Below are positions 45,285-54,599 of a stretch of DNA of 64,000 nucleotides, piece by piece. Positions within the stretch are counted from its first letter, which is position 1; every line of letters begins with the position of its first letter. Source of the stretch: Candidatus Dormiibacterota bacterium (lineage in GTDB: Bacteria > Chloroflexota > Dormibacteria > Aeolococcales > Aeolococcaceae); the NCBI GenBank assembly GCA_003162415.1, contig PMOL01000005.1:53726-117725 (forward strand). Reading direction: 5' to 3'. The translations under genes and the position numbers were made by a program. The notes beneath the pieces are model-generated. The model had not been told where the DNA came from. It searched no databases and worked only from the letters and a program-made list of their open reading frames with translations.

Positions 45285-47993
45285 TTGGAGAATGGGGTGT
45301 GTGGGGTGCGGGGTGACAACGTGAGGGTGGACGGTTCCGTGACTTCGACCCCGCTGCGGTTGCTGGAGCGGGCCGAGCATCTGAAGGTTCTGGGCGATTC
45401 GCTGGCTGCAGTTGTGAAGACTCAGCTGGGCCGGCTTGTACTGCTGCGAGGCGAGGCGGGGGCCGGAAAGACGGCGGTTGTACGGCGGTTCTGCGAGGGG
45501 CAGCAACCGCCAAGCCGGGTCCTGTGGGGCGCTTGCGAAGCTTTGTTCACGCAGCGCGCACTGTGCCCGTTCGTCGACGTTGCCCAGCTCACAGGCGGTC
45601 AGTTCCGAAACGTCGTGGAGCGTGGGGACGGTCCTCACGAGGTGTTGAGCGCGCTTGGCGATGAAGTTTCCAAGAGCTCACCGACGGTGCTGGTGCTCGA
45701 AGATTTGCACTGGGCGGATGAGGCGACCCTTGATCTCGTGAGGTTGATTGGCCGTCGGATTGACGGGTTTCGCGCCTTGGTGGTGGCCACTTATCGTGAC
45801 GACGAGCTCCACTCGGATCACCCGCTGCGCGTTGTGTTGGGTGAGCTCGCTAGGGCCCGTGGTGTCGAACGTCTGGATATCCCGCGGTTGTCGCAGGCCG
45901 CGGTCGCGGAACTCGCCGAGCCGTTCGGAATCGACGTCGAGGAGCTTTATCGCAGCACCGGCGGAAACCCATTCTTCGTATCAGAGGTGCTGGCCTCGGA
46001 GACACGGGAGATCCCGTCGACCGTACAGGACGCGGTCCTCGCACGGGCCGCTGGGCTGAGCAGCAAGGCAAGGGCGCTACTGGAGGCAGTTGCGATCGCT
46101 CCTCCCTCGGCTGATCTCGGCGTGCTCGAAGCGATCGCGGGCCAGGGGATGCAGTACGTTGAGGAATGCATCGGCGGTGGGATGGTGATCCCGGCCGGAG
46201 TGGGTATTACGTTCCGGCACGAGCTTGCCCGATTGGTGATCGAACAGTCGACCGCGCCCAATAGGAGGAAGGCGCTGCATGCGCTGGCTCTGCGGGCGCT
46301 GGGTGATTCTTCCGATAGGGCTCGCCTGGCCCATCATGCGGAGGCCGCGGGCGACGCTGACAAGGTACTGCGCTTCGCACCGCAGGCAGCTAGGCATGCT
46401 GCAAATCTCGGCGCGCACCGCGAGAGCGCCGCGCAGTACGCGCGGGCGCTTCGCTTCGCCGAGAGCCTGGCACCGGACGAGCGGGCCGAACTGCTCGAAC
46501 GCCGATCCTACGAGTGCATGTTGACAGACCAGACCGACGAGGCAATCGACACAGTCAGGACTGCGATCGGCCTTCGCGGTGAGCTCGGCGATGTGCAGGC
46601 GGAGGGAAAGGCGCTGGGGCAGCTGTCGAATGTGCTCTGGTGCCCGGGTCTCGTCGTCGAGGCACGAGAGGCCGCCGTACAGGCGGTCACACTGTTGGAA
46701 CGTGGCGCGCCCGGTCGCGAGCTGGCGATGGGGTACAGCCGCATGGCTCAGCTGTGCATGGACGCTGAGGACGTTGATGGTGCTGTCTCGTGGGGCGATC
46801 GGGCGGTCGATTTGGCGGAAGCGTTAGGCGATACCCAGCTCGCCGTTCACGCTCTGAACAGCATCGGCACCGCGAGGCTCCTGAACGGGCAGATTGAGGG
46901 CAAGGCGCAACTCGAGCGGAGCCTCGTGTTGGCCACCGAGGCCGGACTCGGAGATGATGTGATCCGGGCGATGACCCATCTCGCCTGGTGCGCGGCACGC
47001 CAGAGAGATTTCACGGTCGCGCTCGATTATCTCGAGCCGGCGATCCAGCAGGCGAGCGAGCATGGATGGGAGCTACGGCGGGGCTACCTACTCGGCTATC
47101 GGGCGCAAGTCGAGTTCGCCCTGGGCCACTGGCAAGACGCCGTCGAGACGGCAGCGCTTGTTCTGCGCGAGCCGCGCCGTTCCCGCGTCCCCCGGATCGA
47201 TGCGCTTACAGTCGTCGCCCGCGTCCGCGCCCGACGAGGTGATCCCGATGTCTGGCCGCTGCTGGACGAGGCGCTCGCGCTGGCGGAACGCGGCGAGGAG
47301 CTCCAGGCGAACATACCCGTGGCAGTAGCGCGCGCCGAGGCGTCCTGGCTCGAAGGCGATCGCAACGGCGTAGAGGCGGCAACTAACGCCGCCCTGGCAC
47401 TCACACGCCGCAAACGATCGCAGTCGGCTACCTCAGAGCTCGTCTCGTGGCGCAGGCGCTCAGGGATCATCGATCAGGTCGCTACCGACGAAACGACAGG
47501 ACCTCATGCGCTCGAGATCGCGGGTGAGTGGAGAGCAGCCGTCACGCGGTGGAAGGAGCTCAGATGCCCATACGAGGCGGCGCTCGCGCTGTGTGAGGCG
47601 GACAGTCAGGACGCGCCGAGCCAGGCGCTCGATGAGCTGAGGGCACTGGGTGCCACACGCACGGAAGCCGTCGTCGCCCGAAGGCTGCGCGAACGCGGCG
47701 AACGCGGACTGCCGCGGGGCCCGCGTCCGCAAACACGCTCGAATCCGTTCGGGCTCACAGCACGCGAGCTCGAAGTGCTCGCACTGCTCGCAGCTGGCTA
47801 TAACAACGCTCAGATCGCTCAGCGTCTCTTCGTGTCCGAGAGGACTGTCGATCATCATGTCTCCGCAATCTTGCGAAAGCTGGAGGTTCGCAATCGCACC
47901 GAGGCCGCCGCCGAGGCATCACGCCTTGGGCTCACGCCGCGGAGCATCGGGTTGCCCGATTGGCCGGGCCGGGGACGAGCAACCGGCGCTTGA
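45285..47993 (+). CDS. Large ATP-binding LuxR-family (LAL/MalT-like) regulator
   Basis: LLER, GEAGAGKT, EDLHWAD, GGNPFF, C-terminal LuxR HTH; start may be 45339. Confidence 0.92.
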   Translation: MENGVCGVRGDNVRVDGSVTSTPLRLLERAEHLKVLGDSLAAVVKTQLGRLVLLRGEAGAGKTAVVRRFCEGQQPPSRVLWGACEALFTQRALCPFVDVAQLTGGQFRNVVERGDGPHEVLSALGDEVSKSSPTVLVLEDLHWADEATLDLVRLIGRRIDGFRALVVATYRDDELHSDHPLRVVLGELARARGVERLDIPRLSQAAVAELAEPFGIDVEELYRSTGGNPFFVSEVLASETREIPSTVQDAVLARAAGLSSKARALLEAVAIAPPSADLGVLEAIAGQGMQYVEECIGGGMVIPAGVGITFRHELARLVIEQSTAPNRRKALHALALRALGDSSDRARLAHHAEAAGDADKVLRFAPQAARHAANLGAHRESAAQYARALRFAESLAPDERAELLERRSYECMLTDQTDEAIDTVRTAIGLRGELGDVQAEGKALGQLSNVLWCPGLVVEAREAAVQAVTLLERGAPGRELAMGYSRMAQLCMDAEDVDGAVSWGDRAVDLAEALGDTQLAVHALNSIGTARLLNGQIEGKAQLERSLVLATEAGLGDDVIRAMTHLAWCAARQRDFTVALDYLEPAIQQASEHGWELRRGYLLGYRAQVEFALGHWQDAVETAALVLREPRRSRVPRIDALTVVARVRARRGDPDVWPLLDEALALAERGEELQANIPVAVARAEASWLEGDRNGVEAATNAALALTRRKRSQSATSELVSWRRRSGIIDQVATDETTGPHALEIAGEWRAAVTRWKELRCPYEAALALCEADSQDAPSQALDELRALGATRTEAVVARRLRERGERGLPRGPRPQTRSNPFGLTARELEVLALLAAGYNNAQIAQRLFVSERTVDHHVSAILRKLEVRNRTEAAAEASRLGLTPRSIGLPDWPGRGRATGA

Positions 47994-48140
47994 GGGCTCC
48001 GAAGACCGATGGGCGTTTCAGACATACATCATCGACAACCCGCGCCTCCTCACTTCGCCTGAGCCTCGTCCATGGAAGAACGTTCGACGCATTTGGCGCG
48101 GATGTAACCGTTCATGACGGTTCCCGTTGAATGGGCAACC

Positions 48141-49349
48141 ATGAAACGCACAACCATCATCGGCACTGCGATCGCCGCTCTTGGCCTCGCAGCATGTGGA
48201 TCGACAGTCGCTCCGAGGGCAACCCCGACCCACGCGACGACGGTCGCTTCAACCCCTGCGCCGACCGCAACGCCCGTGTCGACTCCATCAGCCACTCCTG
48301 CGCCGCCTCCGCCGCTGGTGGTGACCGCAGGGCGGAATTCCGCGACTGCCGTGCAACTCAGCCTGGTCGGTGAGAACGGCAGCGTAGCCGCCACGGTCGA
48401 AGACCCCGGAGGCGTCGATGGCCATGCGTACTACGTCGGAACCGACGATGTCTACTTCCTCGACGGCACCACCGTTAAGGCGTTCGGGAGATCCGGCATC
48501 GTCTCGACCGTGGGCCAGGTGCCGCAGGTGAAGACATCAGTCACTGCGGCCGATCTCCAGGGGTACACCACGTTTGCCGTGTCCCCCGACCAGACAACGC
48601 TGGTGTTCGGCATCCCCGTGGCAATGACCTTCGACAACGGCGCGACTGCCGACCACTCGCAGCTGTGGACCGAGCCCACGGGCGGCACCGCCGCGGACGC
48701 GACCATGGTCTATGACGACGCCAATAACATCGACAACGGCGGCGAGGTCCTGATGCCCTTCGCGTGGAGCACTACCGGAATCTCGGTTTCGGAGATGTGC
48801 AAAGGACTCGGCGGAGTAGGACCGTTCCTCGAGTGGACTGGTTGCGCCCAAGCCACGTTTAACCCAAGCACGCGGGCGCTCACGCAGGTCCCGATCAACA
48901 ACACTTGGGGAGGGTATCTCTGCCCCGTGACAGTCGTCCCCGGCTCGGTGTGCGTCACGCTGGTGGGCTCGTCGAGCCTGAAGGTGGTGCGCAGCTCGGG
49001 CAATGAGACGATTGCCCTGTACCCTGCAAACGCAGCGGCGTATGGTCCCGTGAGCGTGTCCGGCTACGGACGCTACCTGGCGTATGGCGCCTACGTGGGG
49101 ACCTTCGATTCCGGTTATTACGTGACCACGGTCGTGGATCTCGGCAACAAACAGACGGTTTCCACCGTACGGAATTTCGCGCCTGAGGTGTGGCTCCCCG
49201 ACGATCGTCTGGTCGGGTGGAATAACGACTACCCGGAAAAAGGAGCGACCTGGTTGCTCTCACCTGCGTTCACAAGCCGCACTAACATCTCACCCGCCCC
49301 GGCGGTAGGCGCTCTCGGGGTGCTCCCGCAGCACATCCCGCTGGCGTAG
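48141..49349 (+). CDS. Putative lipoprotein (Thr/Pro linker, beta-rich)
   Basis: MKRTT..LGLAAC lipobox. Confidence 0.75.
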   Translation: MKRTTIIGTAIAALGLAACGSTVAPRATPTHATTVASTPAPTATPVSTPSATPAPPPPLVVTAGRNSATAVQLSLVGENGSVAATVEDPGGVDGHAYYVGTDDVYFLDGTTVKAFGRSGIVSTVGQVPQVKTSVTAADLQGYTTFAVSPDQTTLVFGIPVAMTFDNGATADHSQLWTEPTGGTAADATMVYDDANNIDNGGEVLMPFAWSTTGISVSEMCKGLGGVGPFLEWTGCAQATFNPSTRALTQVPINNTWGGYLCPVTVVPGSVCVTLVGSSSLKVVRSSGNETIALYPANAAAYGPVSVSGYGRYLAYGAYVGTFDSGYYVTTVVDLGNKQTVSTVRNFAPEVWLPDDRLVGWNNDYPEKGATWLLSPAFTSRTNISPAPAVGALGVLPQHIPLA

Positions 49350-49476
49350 CCGGCTCAGCCGCCGCGTGGCGATCGCGCCGCGGACTGGGGCAAGGCGGGC
49401 TGTGCCTTCGGCACTGGTAATATCGTAGCTCCGACAGAAGTGCGAGTCTGGTCGAATGCAGGCGTAGCGGAGGTCA

Positions 49477-50025
49477 TTGATGTCGCCGGTTTCTCTGTTG
49501 CGAGACGGGGCCGCCGTCGGCGTGTGGGTGCTCGACCCTGCGACCTGCGTACTCGAATTCCGGGTCAAGCACTTTTGGGGCGCGATGAATGTCCGCGGGC
49601 GCTTTGGCGCCGTAACGGGACGCGTCGAGGTCGCTGCCTCTGGGACGGTTTCCGGGAGCATCGAGGCACAATCGGCGTCACTCGAAAGCGGGAGCGGCGC
49701 GCGAGATAAGCACCTTCGATCCGCGGATTTCTTCGACGTCGCGAACCATCCCACCGTGGTGTTTTCGATTGTTGCAGTGCACCCGCTCGGCGACGCAGGC
49801 GTTCGCGTCACCGGCGATCTGACAGCAGCAGGCCGGACGCAATCGATCACCTTCGACACGAGCGTCAGCGACGCGACTCAGGAGCACTTCACCGTGGACG
49901 GTCAAGTCAGTGTCGACCGCCGCGCCGGGTTCGGGATGAACTGGAGCCCGCTCGGGATGGCGTCGTCGACTGCCGTGCTCGTGGTGCACGCCCAGTTTGC
50001 CAAGTCGGCGCAGACGGCCACGTAG
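49477..50025 (+). CDS. YceI-family protein
   Basis: W.LDP...[32 protein letters not shown]. Confidence 0.92.
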   Translation: MMSPVSLLRDGAAVGVWVLDPATCVLEFRVKHFWGAMNVRGRFGAVTGRVEVAASGTVSGSIEAQSASLESGSGARDKHLRSADFFDVANHPTVVFSIVAVHPLGDAGVRVTGDLTAAGRTQSITFDTSVSDATQEHFTVDGQVSVDRRAGFGMNWSPLGMASSTAVLVVHAQFAKSAQTAT

Positions 50026-50056
50026 CTGACAGCCCGCCCCGATTCGCCAGCTGCCT

Positions 50057-50103
50057 TCAGCCGTACGTGGGATGCTGTGCCAGCCAGGCGGCGAATCTCC
50101 CCA
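50057..50103 (-). pseudogene. 3'-end relic of a DUF899 gene
   Basis: Encodes WGDSPPGW-(1-nt deletion)-QHPTYG* vs WEDSPPGWPQHPTYG* at 59147-59194. Confidence 0.8.
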
Positions 50104-50210
50104 GCCCCCTAGCGCCCATGCGGCCTGAGGTCGAGGATGCTGTTGACGAAGAGGAGGCCCCGCTCACCGCATGCAGTAGGGTTACGGCGTCGCCGGTGAG
50201 GGGAGCGCGA

Positions 50211-52841
50211 ATGGACGATCGAGGTGATGACGCCACGAGGGAGCTGCTGGAACGCGAAAGCCAGCTTGCCGAGCTGTCTGAGCGGCTCGGATCGGTAACC
50301 CGGCAGCACCGCGGTGGCGTCGTCCTCATCAGTGGCGAAGCCGGTATCGGCAAGACGGCGCTCATCAGTGGTTTCCTGGCACAGCGGGCGAAAACGGTAG
50401 AAGTACTCAGGGGTGCCTGCGACGCGTTGTTCACACCACGGCCCCTCGGTCCTTTCCATGACATCGGACCGGCCGCCGGTCGTGAGGTCGAGGAGCTCTT
50501 GGAGCACGACGAACCTCCCTACCGTCTGGCCGCGGCTCTGCTGGCGAGGCTGGCGCGCGGACCAACGGTCCTTGTTATCGAGGACGTGCACTGGGCAGAC
50601 GAAGCCACGCTGGACGTCATCGGTCTCATCGCGCGCAGGGCCGACACCGTGCCATTGCTCATGGCTCTCAGCTATCGAGACGAGGGACTCGATCGACGCC
50701 ATCCACTGCGCATGCTTCTGGGCGAACTCAGCTCGGCCGGCATCGGTTGGCGCATCCGATTGCCCCTCCTCACTCCTGACGCAGTCTCGCGAATGGCGAT
50801 CCCCAAAGGCGTGGATCCCGCTGACCTCTATATCAAAACGGGGGGCAACCCCTTCTTCGTCACCGAGGTGCTCGCCGCCGAAGGCCGAGGTGTCCCAGAC
50901 ACAGTGCGCGATGCCGTCCTGGCGCGCGCCGCTCGCCTCAGCCTGGGCGCACATCGAGCCCTCGAGGCGGCGTCGATACTGCAGCCGCAAGCGGAGCGGT
51001 GGCTTCTCGAAGCAGTGGCACCGGAGGCGCCTTCGCACCTCGACGAGTGCTTGACCGCGGGGATGCTCCTCTCCACCACCGACGCGGTGAGCTTCCGTCA
51101 CGAGCTCGCGCGCCTGGCCGTTGAGACCTCGCTGGCGCCCAATGCGCGGCGCGCATTGCACCGCGCCGCCCTCGTCGCGCTCGAGGCGCGTCCTGCCGAA
51201 ACGCAAGATTCCGCCCGGCTCGCTCACCATGCGGAGGCTGCAGAAGAGGCCGCCGCGGTGCTGCGGCATGCACCGCGCGCAGCGATCGCCGCGGTCGCTG
51301 CCGGCGCGCACCGCGAAGGCGCGGCTCAATACGCCAGGGCGCTGCGCTTCTCGGCCGAGGCCGGTCCCAGCCTACGCGGCGCTCTCTTTGACGGCCACTC
51401 GTACGAATGCTACGTGGGCGGCCGATTCGAGGAGGCGCTGAAGTCGGCGGAGGTCGCACTGGAGTGTCATCGGCTGTCCGGCGATAGGCGCCGCGAGGGC
51501 AATGCGCTTCGCGCGCTGTCCCGCCTGCTGCGCTACATCGGACGCCCGGAGCCGGCGCTCGAGGCGGGACGCTCAGCCGTGACCGTTCTCGAGACGATCA
51601 CCCCGGGGCGCGACCTGGCCCTGGCGTACTGCAATCTCTCGTATCTCTTCATGAGCGTCGAGGATGGGGCGAACACGGCCCATTGGGCCGCGAACGCCCT
51701 CAAGCTCGCGGATCAGCTCGGCGATCTCGAATCGAGGATCTATGCGCTCATCAACTGCGCCACTCTTGACTACCTGGCGGGGATACCCGACGCGACCGCG
51801 ACTCTCGAACGTTGCCTCAAGCAGGCGTCCGAAGCCGGCCTCGACGAGTACGCGGGCCGCTCCTACGTCGCTCTTTGCTTTTGGGGAGCACGCAGCAAAT
51901 CGCATGCCGATGCGGGGCGGTGGCTCGACGACGGGCTGAACTATTGCACCGATCACGGACTCGATCTCTGGCGCAGCTACCTCGCCGTGTCCCGTGCGCG
52001 GGCGGAGCTCGATCACGGCCGATGGGACCAGGCGGTCGAGTCCGCGGACTTGATCGTTCACGATCCGCGAACCTCGCCGGTCATCGTGCCGATTGCGCAG
52101 GCAGTGATCGGCCTCGTGCGCGCCCGGCGCGGCGACCCCGAGTGGCGATCGCTCCTCGACGAAGCATGGCATCGCGCTGAGCCAACGGGCGAGCTGCAGC
52201 GATGGGAGCTCCCCGCATTGGCCCGAGCCGAAGCGGGATGGCTCGAGGGCGACGCGCCGGCGGTTGACGCAGCCACCGCGCCTGTGCTCGACCTGGCAGA
52301 GACGCGACGTGCAGCCTGGATCACCGCCGGCGTCATGGCCTGGCGGCTTCGAGCGGGGTTGGACACCGCGACGAACAGGACGTCGGTTTTGCCACCGCCG
52401 TTCGCTGCGCAGGCGCAGGGCGATTACGTGCTCGCAGCTGACCTCTGGCGACAGCTGCACTGTCCGTACGAGGCTGCGCTCGCACTCGCCGATTCGGACG
52501 ATTCCGGCGCGTTGCGGCAGGCCCTCGTGGAGCTGCACCGCCTGGGCGCCAGGCCGGCGGCGGCGATCGTGGCACGACGCCTGCAGGAGCGTGGGGTTCG
52601 CGACCTACCTCGCGGACCGCGGCCCGCGACCCAGCGAAACTGGGCGCTGCTCACCGGGCGTGAGGTTGAGGTCCTTCGCCTGCTGGAGACGGGCGTGTCG
52701 AACGGTGAGATTGCGAGCCGCCTGTTCGTATCAACCCGGACTGTGGACCACCACGTTTCGGCGATCCTCGCAAAGCTCGGGGTGCGATCCCGGGACGAGG
52801 CCGCCAGGAAGTTGCGAGAGCTACCGATCCCGGACGGCTGA
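50211..52841 (+). CDS. Large ATP-binding LuxR-family (LAL) regulator, paralog of 45285-47993
   Basis: [29 protein letters not shown], LuxR HTH. Confidence 0.92.
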   Translation: MDDRGDDATRELLERESQLAELSERLGSVTRQHRGGVVLISGEAGIGKTALISGFLAQRAKTVEVLRGACDALFTPRPLGPFHDIGPAAGREVEELLEHDEPPYRLAAALLARLARGPTVLVIEDVHWADEATLDVIGLIARRADTVPLLMALSYRDEGLDRRHPLRMLLGELSSAGIGWRIRLPLLTPDAVSRMAIPKGVDPADLYIKTGGNPFFVTEVLAAEGRGVPDTVRDAVLARAARLSLGAHRALEAASILQPQAERWLLEAVAPEAPSHLDECLTAGMLLSTTDAVSFRHELARLAVETSLAPNARRALHRAALVALEARPAETQDSARLAHHAEAAEEAAAVLRHAPRAAIAAVAAGAHREGAAQYARALRFSAEAGPSLRGALFDGHSYECYVGGRFEEALKSAEVALECHRLSGDRRREGNALRALSRLLRYIGRPEPALEAGRSAVTVLETITPGRDLALAYCNLSYLFMSVEDGANTAHWAANALKLADQLGDLESRIYALINCATLDYLAGIPDATATLERCLKQASEAGLDEYAGRSYVALCFWGARSKSHADAGRWLDDGLNYCTDHGLDLWRSYLAVSRARAELDHGRWDQAVESADLIVHDPRTSPVIVPIAQAVIGLVRARRGDPEWRSLLDEAWHRAEPTGELQRWELPALARAEAGWLEGDAPAVDAATAPVLDLAETRRAAWITAGVMAWRLRAGLDTATNRTSVLPPPFAAQAQGDYVLAADLWRQLHCPYEAALALADSDDSGALRQALVELHRLGARPAAAIVARRLQERGVRDLPRGPRPATQRNWALLTGREVEVLRLLETGVSNGEIASRLFVSTRTVDHHVSAILAKLGVRSRDEAARKLRELPIPDG

Positions 52842-52943
52842 CCCACCTCCAGGCGCCCTCAACAGAGAACTGCGCTTTGATTCATGACCATCGTTTGCTG
52901 CGCGTAGGGTCTCGCGCCGGTTGCGGAGCTGGACGGGCCGCGG

Positions 52944-54320
52944 TCAGAGGTGCGGGCGCACACACCGGGCAAGGTCCCGCACCGCCGGTTCGATTGCAGA
53001 TTCGGGCACGCGTCCGTAACCGATCACGAGTCCACCGCTGTTCGCCGGTACGATTCGAAACGACGCGAGGGCAGCGACCCTGATGCCCGCGCTTCTGGCG
53101 TCCTGCGCGATCGCGCGGTCATCAACCCAAGCGGGCGTTCGCAACAGGAGGTGCAGGCCGGCGGCGACGCCCTCCACCTTGAGCTCCGGCAGATGCTTGG
53201 TGAGCCCCTCGATCAGGCGATCCCGGCGCCCGCGGTAGACACCACGAGCCCGCCTCACATGGCGATCGTAGTCCCCGCGAGTCAGGAACTCTGCGAGCGT
53301 CAGTTGGTCGAGGGAAGGTGAGAACTGGTCGAGGAGGTGCTTGGTGCGGTCCACCTCATCGACGAGGTGTGACGGCACGACGAGCCAGCCAAGTCGCAAT
53401 GCTGGAGCCAGTGTTTTCGATACGGTGCCGATCTGCACAACGTGCTCCGGCGCAACACCCTGCAGCGCACGCACCGGTTCACGGTCGTAGCGGAACTCAG
53501 CGTCGTAATCGTCTTCGATGATCAGCGCACGGTTCGCGCATGCCCACGCGATCAGCTGGCGGCGTCTCTCCTCGCTCAAGACGCAGCCCGTTGGGAACTG
53601 GTGCGCCGGCGTGACCAGCACTGCGTCGGCGTCAAGGCCGCTGACGACCATGCCCTGGCTGTCAACCGGCTGCGGCACGACTGCAAGGCCGTTTGCCGCG
53701 ATGCGATCGCGCGCAGTTGTCTGAGACGGATCTTCAACGGCGACGCGGGATGCTCGGCGTGCCTGGAGCGTACGCATCACAAGATCGACACCTTGAGCGG
53801 TTCCCTGGACGATCAGGATCTGGGCCGGGTCGGCAATGACCCCTCGCGTGCGGCCGAGATGATCGGCGAGCACGTCACGCAGGGCGCGCTCTCCGCGAGC
53901 GTCCCGGTAGTCGAGGATGGCCGGCCCACCACGGGCGGCACGCTGCGCGGCAGCGAGCCATTTTGTGAGCGGGAACAGCGACACGTCCGGTCTTGTCGCA
54001 CTCAGGTCATGGCGCAGCTTCGGGGCTGGTGGGTCGGCTTCGGCTCGAACTCGATTACGCGCCTGGACCTCAGCGACAACCGGCGCTTCGCGCTCCCGGC
54101 TGAGCAGGAAACCCTGAGCCTGCAGCTGGTTGTAGGCATCACTGACAACGCGGCGCGAGATGCCGAGTTGCTGAGCCAGCGCGCGTGAAGCCGGCAGCCG
54201 AACGCCGGCGCGCAACGCGCGGCTGACAATCGCGTCGCGCAGCGACCGTTCGAGAGCCGATCGAAGGGTCTCGCCGGCGCGTCGCTCCAAGGAGAGCCAT
54301 CTGGCCTCATCAGACGCCAT
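52944..54320 (-). CDS. MocR/GabR-family PLP-dependent GntR regulator
   Basis: LPASRALA..LG.SR, TPAHQFPTG, IEDDYD.EFRY, SKTLAPALRLGW. Confidence 0.93.
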   Translation of the reverse strand: MASDEARWLSLERRAGETLRSALERSLRDAIVSRALRAGVRLPASRALAQQLGISRRVVSDAYNQLQAQGFLLSREREAPVVAEVQARNRVRAEADPPAPKLRHDLSATRPDVSLFPLTKWLAAAQRAARGGPAILDYRDARGERALRDVLADHLGRTRGVIADPAQILIVQGTAQGVDLVMRTLQARRASRVAVEDPSQTTARDRIAANGLAVVPQPVDSQGMVVSGLDADAVLVTPAHQFPTGCVLSEERRRQLIAWACANRALIIEDDYDAEFRYDREPVRALQGVAPEHVVQIGTVSKTLAPALRLGWLVVPSHLVDEVDRTKHLLDQFSPSLDQLTLAEFLTRGDYDRHVRRARGVYRGRRDRLIEGLTKHLPELKVEGVAAGLHLLLRTPAWVDDRAIAQDARSAGIRVAALASFRIVPANSGGLVIGYGRVPESAIEPAVRDLARCVRPHL

Positions 54321-54367
54321 CGGGTGGATCTTCCCATACCCCGTTTCGCTGTGTGAGCTGCGCCTCT

Positions 54368-54493
54368 TCTGGCACCCACATTTCGCGTGTGTTTGGACTC
54401 ACGTGAAGCCGTGTGCGCACTGTGACATCGCTCGGCAACGTGCCGTGAGACGACGCTGATCTGGCACCCAGATCTCGCGCGAAACTGGTCTCA
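54368..54493. repeat. 34-bp imperfect direct repeat in divergent MocR/ABC promoter region
   Basis: tctggcacccacatttcgcgtgtgtttggactca vs tctggcacccagatctcgcgcgaaactggtctca (26/34), 92 bp apart. Confidence 0.6.
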
Positions 54494-54599
54494 TTCGTTG
54501 GAATGAATTCTGGCGCAGAGCCTTGCAAAAACCTTTGCCCCTCATGACTATTCTCGACGAGAGTCGCGTTCGCGACGAGACGTGAACAAGGGAGGCCCG

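Noticed and set aside
54368-54527. Sigma-54 promoter (TGGCAC / TGGCGC...TTGC)
   Set aside because: -24/-12 spacing is off by one or the -12 element is missing
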